64,000 bases of DNA, taken from positions 96,001 to 160,000 of the forward strand of contig CAWHDT010000003.1 in NCBI GenBank assembly GCA_963828195.1, given 5' to 3'. A program made the position numbers and the translations under genes. How positions within the stretch are numbered: position 1 is the first letter of the stretch; each line of letters opens with the position of its first letter. The notes below the pieces were generated by a model that did no database searches, was not told the DNA's origin, and was given only the letters and a program-made list of their open reading frames with translations. The DNA comes from Candidatus Bathyarchaeota archaeon. Its GTDB lineage: Archaea > Thermoproteota > Bathyarchaeia > Bathyarchaeales > Bathycorpusculaceae. Of this stretch, positions 38,712 through 47,502 are shown in pieces.

Positions 38712-39529
38712 ATCTAGAAGTAAATAACGCAACTTTCTCCTACAAAAAAGGCAGCCCCGTTTTCAAAGACATATCCTTCACTTTAAAACAAGGCGACATC
38801 TTTTGTATTTTAGGTCCAAACGGAGCTGGAAAATCCACCCTGCTAAGTTGCATCGGGAACTTGTTCGATTTAGAAAAAGGCTCAATAATTCTTGATGGCA
38901 AAGCTATATCCTCTATGGGTCGAAGGGACATAGCAAAAAGGATTGGTTATATCCCTCAGTTTCATACTCCAGTTTTTCCCTACTCTATTTTCGATTTCGT
39001 TTTGATGGGTCGCACTCCTCACATCGGCGCGTTTTCTTCTCCAAAAAAAAGCGACATAGACTTAACGGAAAAAGCATTAGAGGCAGTCGGCATATCGCAC
39101 ATGGCTAAAAGACCCTACAACGAGATCAGCGGCGGCGAAAGACAGCTTGTCATGTTTGCGAAGGTGCTGGCGCAGGAGCCAGACATCATCCTTCTTGATG
39201 AACCAACGTCGCATCTGGATTTTGGAAACCAATTCAAGATTCTTAATATTATTGAAAACTTGGCTAAAAGTGGCTTTTCCGTGGTTATGACTTCTCACTT
39301 TCCTGACCACGCCTTCTTGATTTCCACTAAAGTCGGCGTTATGAAGGAACAGTCATTTATTGATATTGGAGCAGCAAACGATGTAATAACTGAAGAAAAC
39401 ATGAAGCAAACATATGGCATAGACGTGAAAATCTCATTTATTGAACAAGCAAACAGAAAGGTGTGTATTCCTCTCAAAAATCTTTCAGGCAACTCCACTT
39501 TTGGCTTCTCAAAGCCTGAGCAACAGTAG
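38708..39529 (+). CDS. ABC transporter ATPase (FecE/BtuD-like)
   Basis: GPNGAGKST, ISGGERQ, LLDEPTSHLD; ATG at 38708. Confidence 0.92.
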   Translation: MNLEVNNATFSYKKGSPVFKDISFTLKQGDIFCILGPNGAGKSTLLSCIGNLFDLEKGSIILDGKAISSMGRRDIAKRIGYIPQFHTPVFPYSIFDFVLMGRTPHIGAFSSPKKSDIDLTEKALEAVGISHMAKRPYNEISGGERQLVMFAKVLAQEPDIILLDEPTSHLDFGNQFKILNIIENLAKSGFSVVMTSHFPDHAFLISTKVGVMKEQSFIDIGAANDVITEENMKQTYGIDVKISFIEQANRKVCIPLKNLSGNSTFGFSKPEQQ

Positions 39530-39656
39530 CACCCTTGAACGCCGAGGCGTTCTTTGGATAAGCCGGCAACAAATTTGGCTCGAATAACGAAAACATTATG
39601 GGGAAAGCAAAAGCTAGTAAAAAAGCAAGCTATTAAGGGGATAGCTTCTGAAAATG

Positions 39657-39947
39657 TTAGGGCTTCTGCGTTTTAGCCCATTCTTCTTTGACAAGCTTGG
39701 TTATGTTATCCAAGTTTGTCTGTGCAGTAAGGTCGGCGATGACGTTGTTGAGTTCGTTCTTTATCAACAAAGCAACTTCACTTGGTCTTAGCGGTTCTGG
39801 CCTTGTGGCTTGATAAACTCTGAGTGCGCGCAGACAGAACTTCATCATTAGTTTTTGCTGTTGGTCCTGTAAATCTGAAAGCTCGTTTTTGCTGTTTTTC
39901 ATCAGCTTGTCAAACTTGTTTGAATCCCATTTTCCTTCTTCAGTCAT
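39657..39947 (-). CDS. Hypothetical protein
   Basis: 96-aa ORF downstream of pyrG. Confidence 0.6.
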   Translation of the reverse strand: MTEEGKWDSNKFDKLMKNSKNELSDLQDQQQKLMMKFCLRALRVYQATRPEPLRPSEVALLIKNELNNVIADLTAQTNLDNITKLVKEEWAKTQKP

Positions 39948-40015
39948 GTTTAAACTATCCTTACCGTTTCATATCAATCATGCATTATAGCCTTTTCTAC
40001 TAAAGCTCTTGGGTG

Positions 40016-41644
40016 CTAAGAAATAGCGGCTTTTGGTTTTCCCAGCTTCTTATTAACGCATGCTTGGATAAACCCCAAGTATTCAGGTGAAGGTCTTCCA
40101 GGCCGACTTTTGAATTCGCCGTGAAACTGAGATGCAAAGAAGAAGTAGTTTTTTGGTAACTCCAAGGTCTCCATTCTTCTGCCGTCGGCGCTTTTGCCAG
40201 TGAAGCATAAACCATTGTTCTTCAGGTTTTCTTGGTAGTCCAAGTTTACTTCAAAACGGTGTCTGTGCCGCTCGTAAATTTCTTCTTGCCCATACATGCT
40301 GTAGGCAAGGGTCCCTTTTTGCATAATCACTTTGTGCGCACCCAGACGCATCGTTGCACCCTTGACTTCTACGCCCCGCTGCTCCGGCATAAGGTCTATG
40401 ACTGGATGTGGCGTTTCAGGATTGATTTCGGTGCTGTTTGCATCTTTTAAGCCGCATACTTGTCGAGAGTACTCTATAACTGCCAGTTGGAAACCGTAGC
40501 AAATGCCTAAGAATGGAATATCGTTCTCTCGGGCAAACTGGACCGCTGCGATTTTGCCTTCAGTGCCTCTTGGGCCAAATCCGTATGGAACAAAGATTCC
40601 GTCGAAATTGGCAAGGTCTTTTACGCATTGCGGTTCATGCTCAAGTTTCTCAGCCTCTAAGTATGAAATGCAAACCTTAGTTTTGCATGCGCCTCCGCCG
40701 TGCCGAAGCGCCTCAGTCATGCTTACGTAACTGTCAGTTAACCCAGCATACTTACCCACTAAAGCTATCTTTACTTCGTTTTCAGGATTTATCAGACCCT
40801 CCACATATTGCTGCCAAGCGCCGAAATCTTTAGTCTCGCATTTGATGGCTAGTCTTTGACAGATAAAGTCGCCCATGCCCTGTTTATCTAAAATAAGCGG
40901 CACCTGATACACGGATTCAGCGTTATAGGAGCAGAAGACTGCGCTTTCGGGGATGGTGCCGAATAACGCTATTTTTCTGAGGGTTTCAGCATCGATCATT
41001 TTGGGGCTTCTAGCAACTATCGTGTCGGGCTGAACGCCGATCCGTCTTAACTCGTTGACACTGTGCTGTAACGGTTTAGTTTTCATTTCACCAGTAACAT
41101 CCAAAATCGGCACCAAAGCCAAATGCACATACAGCGTATTTTCGTAGCCTTCCTCCATACGCATCTGTCGAATAGCTTCCAGAAACGGTAAGCCTTCAAT
41201 GTCGCCGACTGTTCCGCCAACTTCGGTTAAAACAACATCAGCGCATGCAGTTTTGCCGACGGTTTTGATGCGGTTTTTGATTTCGTTGGTTACATGTGGC
41301 ACAATTTGGACGCATCTACCTAAAAAGTCGCCGCGTCGCTCCTTCTCAATTACAGATTTATAAATCATTCCGGTGGTTAAGTTGTTTTCCTGTTTGAGGC
41401 TTAAGTCTAAGAAGCGTTCGTACCAGCCTAAATCTAGGTCGGTTTCTCCTCCGTCGTCGGTTACGAAGACTTCGCCATGCATGTAGGGATTCATCGTTCC
41501 CGCATCAACATTCACGTAAGGATCAATTTTTACAACCGTAGGCTTTAGTCCCCGAGCCTGAAGCATTTTGCCTATGGAAGAAGTCAATATGCCTTTGCCG
41601 ACCGAACTTAATACGCCTCCCGTCACGAAAATGTACTTAACCAT
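40016..41644 (-). CDS. pyrG: CTP synthase
   Basis: KYIFVTGGVLSSVGKG, ETDLDLG, KTKPLQHS, GICYG, ERHRHR, QFHGEF. Confidence 0.97.
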   Translation of the reverse strand: MVKYIFVTGGVLSSVGKGILTSSIGKMLQARGLKPTVVKIDPYVNVDAGTMNPYMHGEVFVTDDGGETDLDLGWYERFLDLSLKQENNLTTGMIYKSVIEKERRGDFLGRCVQIVPHVTNEIKNRIKTVGKTACADVVLTEVGGTVGDIEGLPFLEAIRQMRMEEGYENTLYVHLALVPILDVTGEMKTKPLQHSVNELRRIGVQPDTIVARSPKMIDAETLRKIALFGTIPESAVFCSYNAESVYQVPLILDKQGMGDFICQRLAIKCETKDFGAWQQYVEGLINPENEVKIALVGKYAGLTDSYVSMTEALRHGGGACKTKVCISYLEAEKLEHEPQCVKDLANFDGIFVPYGFGPRGTEGKIAAVQFARENDIPFLGICYGFQLAVIEYSRQVCGLKDANSTEINPETPHPVIDLMPEQRGVEVKGATMRLGAHKVIMQKGTLAYSMYGQEEIYERHRHRFEVNLDYQENLKNNGLCFTGKSADGRRMETLELPKNYFFFASQFHGEFKSRPGRPSPEYLGFIQACVNKKLGKPKAAIS

Positions 41645-41758
41645 GGTTTTCCCCACAATAACCTAACCTTTCAAGCTGACTTAATATAACTCTTTTGTGT
41701 ACAGAGCTGCAAAAATGTGCAATACAGAATGATTTACCTTAAACATGTAAGCAGCTAA

Positions 41759-41856
41759 GTGAGGCAAGGCTGCTTTATTTGCGGTTGTACTTTTTCTTCA
41801 GCTGTGGGCTGCGCCTTAACTGCCGTGAGGCAAGGCTGCTTTATTTGCGGTTGTAC
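41759..41856. repeat. Two identical 32-bp direct repeats separated by 34 bp
   Basis: GTGAGGCAAGGCTGCTTTATTTGCGGTTGTAC at 41759-41790 and 41825-41856. Confidence 0.85.
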
Positions 41857-42120
41857 AGCCTCTCTTTCATAATCCCCCGTTAAACTGTGTAGGTTTAAGG
41901 CTAGAAACAATAGAAATAATGAGTGACCAAAAAATAAGGCTGATGATAAAAAATTTCTACTCATCTAAATGGCACGCCAAAATTGGAACGCGGGTTAATT
42001 ACATGTTTTTTAGAATAGTTTTTATAAATTTATTTGGCTGACAATTTGATTAAAAATTTGCCTTTTTCGGCAGAAATATTTAATTCAGAACACTGACTAA
42101 TTATGAGTGGGGAATTGAAA

Positions 42121-42354
42121 ATGCCTAAGGCCTTTGTATTGATAAATGTGGAATCGGGCTCGGAAGAAGATGTTCTTGACCAAATCAAAAAAATTGAAGG
42201 CGTGGACGAAGCATACTACTCTTACGGCGTGTACGACATAATTACTAAAGTAAAAGCGGAGTCGATGGAAAAACTTAGGGATACGGTAACGCGGAAAGTA
42301 AGAACCATAAGCAGAGTCAGGTCAACTTTAACGCTGATAATGATGGAAGAGTAA
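42121..42354 (+). CDS. Lrp/AsnC ligand-binding (RAM) domain-only protein
   Basis: MPKAFVLIN..YGVYDII..VRSTLTLI; no HTH. Confidence 0.9.
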   Translation: MPKAFVLINVESGSEEDVLDQIKKIEGVDEAYYSYGVYDIITKVKAESMEKLRDTVTRKVRTISRVRSTLTLIMMEE

Positions 42355-42609
42355 CGCGGAAGAACCCGTTCTCTTATTTTTTATTGAATATTTTGTAACA
42401 ATTAATTTGATTATAACTAATTTTGAATCCCCTTCCGACAAGGATATTGGGTTTTTGCTTTTAGGTTGCTGTGAGAAATGCCGTGGACGGGCGTTAAATT
42501 AGGGGAAAAGTTGGTGTTTAGGCGGCAATCAAACGGTAACTTGATAGCTTTCTAGGAAACATTTTAATGCAGACTTAACTAATCAATTATTATAGGAATG
42601 GATGAAGAT

Positions 42610-42846
42610 ATGCCAACAGCCTTTGTTTTAATAAACACTGAGATAGGTTCCGAATCTGATGTGTTGAAAGAACTCAAAAAAGTCGAAGGTGTTGAAGAAG
42701 CCTCAGCCGTCTACGGAGTCTACGACATTGTGGCAAGAGTCAAAGCAGATACCATGGATAAATTAAAAGAAATAGTTACCTGGCGCATTCGACGGCTAGA
42801 CAAGGTGCGGTCAACGCTAACGATGATTGTTGTTGAAGAAAAATAA
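42610..42846 (+). CDS. Lrp/AsnC ligand-binding domain-only protein
   Basis: MPTAFVLIN..YGVYDIV..VRSTLTMIV. Confidence 0.9.
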   Translation: MPTAFVLINTEIGSESDVLKELKKVEGVEEASAVYGVYDIVARVKADTMDKLKEIVTWRIRRLDKVRSTLTMIVVEEK

Positions 42847-43327
42847 CCCTATTTAACTCCCTTTCTTTTACGTACCTCAAAAACTCGCGCCGTTCTCAGC
42901 ACAACCGAGCCATAATCTTAATCCGATGATTTAACGAGAAGAACGTAATCTCGGTGCATAACCGACTTCCAAAAGAAGAGTTTCTGTCCATAAAAGAATC
43001 CGTCCCATAAAAATGCTAACTTGTGACTGTATCAAGCTAGTCACATAATCTTAAATTTTCTACAACTTACCTAACTTTCAGTGCGTCTGGAGTAACGAAC
43101 GAATGAAAGTAAAGATGAAAATCCACGAAGATAAGACGGGGAGTAGCCACGTTACGGTGAGCATGCTCCTTGTGAACAGACGCACTGAACTTTTTATAGG
43201 TTGGACCAAGCGGTTTCGAAGCACAATGAGCCTTTTTATGTTCCCCTCGAACAAGAAAGATTCTTCGAACCTCTAAATCCAACCACCCATCCCCCCTCTC
43301 AAAAAATTGAAAGGAGATTGTTAAAGA

Positions 43328-43615
43328 ATGCCCACAGCATATATCCTTTTAAATACCGAAATAGGAGCCGAGAATCAAGTACTAAAAGCCTTGAAAAAAA
43401 TCGACGGAGTCGAAGAAGCACATCATCTTTGGGGTGTCTACGATATAATAGCGAACGTAAAAGCAGACAACCTGGAGAAACTCAAATATATTGTAACGAG
43501 GAAAATCGAGAAAATCGGCAAAATAAACTCAAAACTAACCATGATAATAAGTGAACCCCAAAAACCAATTCTGCATGAACAAGTAATCTTTGAACCAACC
43601 CCAGTTCTTCAGTAA
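43328..43615 (+). CDS. Lrp/AsnC ligand-binding domain-only protein
   Basis: MPTAYILLN..WGVYDII..SKLTMI. Confidence 0.9.
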   Translation: MPTAYILLNTEIGAENQVLKALKKIDGVEEAHHLWGVYDIIANVKADNLEKLKYIVTRKIEKIGKINSKLTMIISEPQKPILHEQVIFEPTPVLQ

Positions 43616-43696
43616 ACATAGGCTATATTCTTTTTCGGCTAACAATATTTTTTACCTTCGCAGTTTCTTTCCTACTTAACTTGGAGAGCAGCTGCT

Positions 43697-45046
43697 TTGA
43701 CTACACCACAGGTAATGCACATTGGGCTAGATGATACTGACTCAACAAAAGGCGGCTGCACAACTTATCTTGCTGCTTTGCTTATTGAAGCGCTCGAAAA
43801 GTTTCAGGTTGAATTTACTGATTATCCAAACTTAATTAGGCTTAACCCAAACGTGCCTTGGAAAACAAGAGGCAACGGCGCCCTATGCCTAAGATTCAAG
43901 TATGGTGCCGCATTTGAAGAGCAAATAAAAGATATGGCTTTAACTTTATGGGAAGAAAACTCCGCTATTAACGAGAGAGGCACCGATCCTGGAATAGTTT
44001 TTTTCAAGGGACATGAGGTTCCCGAGGAACTTGAGATTTTTGCGAAAAAAACGGAGACCCGTATTGTAACACTCAAGGAAGCCATGGCGCTTATCAAGAA
44101 GTTTGGGGCTGAAGCATGCGGCTTTAACTCTTGCAGAGGCATCATCGGCGCGTTGGCAGCCATCGGGGAAACACTCAACTGTGACCACACCTACGAGCTC
44201 ATTGCTTATAGGGCACCACAGAATTGGGGTTCAAAGAGAAAAGTTGATGAAGCATCCATTTTTGAAATGGATAAGTTAACTGAGCCTTACACCTTCAATA
44301 ATGTGGATTGTGAAAAGCGCAGAGTAATCATTACGCCGCGGGGACCAGACCCAATTCTCTTCGGAGTAAGAGGAGAATCGCCAGAATTACTGAAAAAAGC
44401 TTTCAGCATAATTAAGCCGCTTGAAAATGTTGAGCGCTGGGTTATTTTCCGTTCAAACCAAGGAACCGATGCCCACCTAAAGACTGTGGAAGCGTTAAGC
44501 AAGATTAAGCCTTACAGTTCAGTAATTGCGAAAGGTGTTGTGTCGCAGAACCCACGGATAATTCCTCTTCGGCACGTGATATTTTCAATTAAAGATGAGT
44601 CGGCAGAAGTGGATTGCGCCGCTTACGAACCAACGGGCAACCTGCGCAAAATCGCAAGGGAACTTGTCGTCGGCGACATTGTTGAGGTCTATGGAGCCGT
44701 GCACAAGTCAACAGGGGGCAAGTTACCAACAATTAATCTTGAAAAAATCAATATTTTGAATCTTGAACCAAAAACAGTGTTGGAGAACCCGTTCTGCCCC
44801 AAATGTGGAAGACGGTTGAAGTCAATGGGCAAAAACCAAGGGTTTCACTGTGAAAAATGTGGCGTGAAATGTGCCGACTTAACAAAAATAAAGACAATTA
44901 TCCCCAGAACACTTACTGCGGGTTTATATTTGACATCTACAAGGTCGCAACGTCATCTTACTAAACCTTTAAGGCGCTACGGCTTGGAAAAAGCTCGTTA
45001 TGAAAAAATACCGCTGATTAAGGTTTGGCACTCGTCAATCGCTTGA
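43697..45046 (+). CDS. tiaS: tRNA(Ile2) 2-agmatinylcytidine synthetase
   Basis: IGLDDTDSTKGGCTTY, RLNPNVPWKTRGNGA, PRGPDPILFGVRG, SNQGTDAHL, AAYEPT, zinc ribbon CPKC..CEKC, RHLTKP. Confidence 0.95.
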   Translation: MTTPQVMHIGLDDTDSTKGGCTTYLAALLIEALEKFQVEFTDYPNLIRLNPNVPWKTRGNGALCLRFKYGAAFEEQIKDMALTLWEENSAINERGTDPGIVFFKGHEVPEELEIFAKKTETRIVTLKEAMALIKKFGAEACGFNSCRGIIGALAAIGETLNCDHTYELIAYRAPQNWGSKRKVDEASIFEMDKLTEPYTFNNVDCEKRRVIITPRGPDPILFGVRGESPELLKKAFSIIKPLENVERWVIFRSNQGTDAHLKTVEALSKIKPYSSVIAKGVVSQNPRIIPLRHVIFSIKDESAEVDCAAYEPTGNLRKIARELVVGDIVEVYGAVHKSTGGKLPTINLEKINILNLEPKTVLENPFCPKCGRRLKSMGKNQGFHCEKCGVKCADLTKIKTIIPRTLTAGLYLTSTRSQRHLTKPLRRYGLEKARYEKIPLIKVWHSSIA

Positions 45047-45195
45047 ATGCTACCTCATACTTGACTTCGCAAATCTTGTCAAGTCGGCTTCGTAAGCTTG
45101 CGCCAAAGTTGACAACACACGTTAATTGATTTTTCAAAAACCTATAAAACTGGTTCAAACGCTAACAAGCTTCAGAAACTAAGGAAGAGAGAGAA

Positions 45196-47370
45196 ATGAA
45201 AACAAACAATAAAGAGAAAACACGCCATTCAATGAATCTTCGCAAGTTCGCAAAACCAGCGGCCCTCTGCATCATTGCAATCTTTGCAATAAGCATCTTT
45301 TCAGCTTTCGCATTTAACGGAGTTCACGCTGCATCGGCAACGCTGGCGCTGCATACTTCTGGAACCCAGATACTTGACTCAAATAACAACCCAGTCTATC
45401 TTCGAGGCATGGGGGTAGCTGGGATGACTCCAGACCTCATTTTGTGGGGAACAGGCTCCAGCGACAGTTGGGGCGACCAGTGGGGGTCAGCCTCGTCAAC
45501 AGCAGTAACCCAAACGTTTACGGAGTTGTCAACAGTCTGGGACGTTAACATGATACGCGTCTTCATCTATCCGGAGTGGTGGATGCTAAATGGAGCTGAC
45601 GGCACTGCAAACGGCGAAAACGTACAGAGCTACGTTGAAACCTTAGCTAGTGAAGCAGAAGCAGCCGGCATCTACATCGACATCGTACCCTACCAACTCA
45701 CAGCCTGCTCAGGCTCATTCAGCTCAGACCCATATCTAACACCTAACCAGGCAGGATCCCAAGGACTACCGATGTGCGGCAACTGGGACAGCGCAGCCTC
45801 AGCGTTTCTGAGCTATGAGGAGAGCCAAAACGGCTATGCTAATGAGCAGGCTTTCTGGACCGCGTACTGGACGTCTATGGCTAACGCGCTCAAAGCTTAC
45901 CCAAACGTGATCTTTGAGGCTTGGAATGAGCCTATGGGTTCATCTACCAACACGGTGACTTCCGGGTACATGACTTACCTAACCACGATGTACAATGCGA
46001 TTCGCAGCACTGGCTCAACGAATTTGATTTTTATGCAGTGGAACTGCGGATGGGAACCAAACGTTGGCCAGACACTGGGCTGGGCATCAGCAATGACTTC
46101 AGCGATCGGAAGCCCAACGAATTTGGCTTTTACAACGCACCTCTACTACTACGCTCCCTCTGATCTTACTCAGTTTTGGGATTCAAGCGGAAGCGACTCT
46201 TCAGGCGTTCCTATGACTACGTCCCAGCTTGAAACGCAGCTGCAGGGCTTACAAAGCGGCATGGATGTCAGTGCGCCTTTGGTTATCAACGAGGAGGGCT
46301 CTTGTCTTTCTTCGTCCAGCAACACTGCAAATGACGCGACTTGGTGGAGTAATTTACTCGCAGCTCAATATGCCTGTGGAATCGGCGACGGGGCTTATTA
46401 TTGGCTTAGCAGCAGCGGTCTTGGCGGTACTTATGATGGTGAGGAGCTGTTGTCAAGCGGTTATACGGCGAACACTATGGGACAAGACTACATCAACGCG
46501 TACGTAGCGCCAACACCGACGCCTACGCCAACCGCTACTCCAACACCTACAACAACTCCAACTCCCACTCCAACACCAACCCCAGTACCCACAGCAACGC
46601 CAACTTCAACGCCAGCCCCAACGGCAACCCCAACGCCAACACCAGTTCCAACACCGACACCAACTGCAACGCCCACGCCTACTCCAATTCCTACTCCTGT
46701 ACCAACGCCAGTGCCGACCGCAACACCAACTCCAGTCCCAACACCCGCCACAACTTCAACACCGACAACAACGGCAGTGCCAACAGCAGTACCTACTACT
46801 CAATCTTCACCTTCATCAACCATGATCCCGTCTGCGTCACCAACCCCTACTACAACACCTACAGCCACGCCTACACCAACAACTACTCCAAGTCCAACTG
46901 TTGTGCCAGCGGAAACAGGCAACGATTCATCAATAGATCTTGCAATCACCGGAAACGTAACCAGCAGCCAGATGTCTGACGTCACAATTTCAACAAACCA
47001 GTCTGCAACAACAACATCAGTCTCTTTCACCGTGACAGGGGAAAACGGCAACATTGGCTTTAGCAACGTCACCATCCCAAAGAGCGCAGTGCCATTCGGA
47101 ACAACACCTGCAATCTACATCGACAGCCAACCAGCCCAAAACCAAGGCTACACACAAGACAGCAGCAACTACTACGTATGGTACACAACTCACTTCAGCA
47201 CACACCAAATAACAATAACGTTCGCTGCAGCATCGGCGCATGGCTCCACGACGCATTCAAGTTTGCTTCTATATCTAATCGGTGGAGTAGCAGCTACAGT
47301 AGCAGTAATGGCAATCTCCGCAGTAGCGTTCGTAGCAAGAAAAACCATAATAAAACCAAAGCTGAAATAA
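45196..47370 (+). CDS. Membrane-anchored glycoside hydrolase family 5 (cellulase-like) with PT linker
   Basis: Signal peptide, LHTSGTQILDSNNNPVYLRG, FEAWNEP (acid/base), HLY, VINEEG (nucleophile), long PT linker, YYVWYTTHFSTH domain, TM anchor. Confidence 0.85.
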   Translation: MKTNNKEKTRHSMNLRKFAKPAALCIIAIFAISIFSAFAFNGVHAASATLALHTSGTQILDSNNNPVYLRGMGVAGMTPDLILWGTGSSDSWGDQWGSASSTAVTQTFTELSTVWDVNMIRVFIYPEWWMLNGADGTANGENVQSYVETLASEAEAAGIYIDIVPYQLTACSGSFSSDPYLTPNQAGSQGLPMCGNWDSAASAFLSYEESQNGYANEQAFWTAYWTSMANALKAYPNVIFEAWNEPMGSSTNTVTSGYMTYLTTMYNAIRSTGSTNLIFMQWNCGWEPNVGQTLGWASAMTSAIGSPTNLAFTTHLYYYAPSDLTQFWDSSGSDSSGVPMTTSQLETQLQGLQSGMDVSAPLVINEEGSCLSSSSNTANDATWWSNLLAAQYACGIGDGAYYWLSSSGLGGTYDGEELLSSGYTANTMGQDYINAYVAPTPTPTPTATPTPTTTPTPTPTPTPVPTATPTSTPAPTATPTPTPVPTPTPTATPTPTPIPTPVPTPVPTATPTPVPTPATTSTPTTTAVPTAVPTTQSSPSSTMIPSASPTPTTTPTATPTPTTTPSPTVVPAETGNDSSIDLAITGNVTSSQMSDVTISTNQSATTTSVSFTVTGENGNIGFSNVTIPKSAVPFGTTPAIYIDSQPAQNQGYTQDSSNYYVWYTTHFSTHQITITFAAASAHGSTTHSSLLLYLIGGVAATVAVMAISAVAFVARKTIIKPKLK

Positions 47371-47502
47371 GTTCCTTCTTTTTATTTTTTTAGTCAAATA
47401 GGCATATGTCAGCGTTGATTTTTAGCTAACGATTTAAATGCAAGATTCTCGTAACCCATTAAAAGCTAATAAAAATATTAAAACACATGGAGCGTCAAAA
47501 GT

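Noticed and set aside
46500-46900. CRISPR-like or non-coding repeat (also 18660-18910)
   Set aside because: Pro/Thr linker codons inside surface-protein genes.
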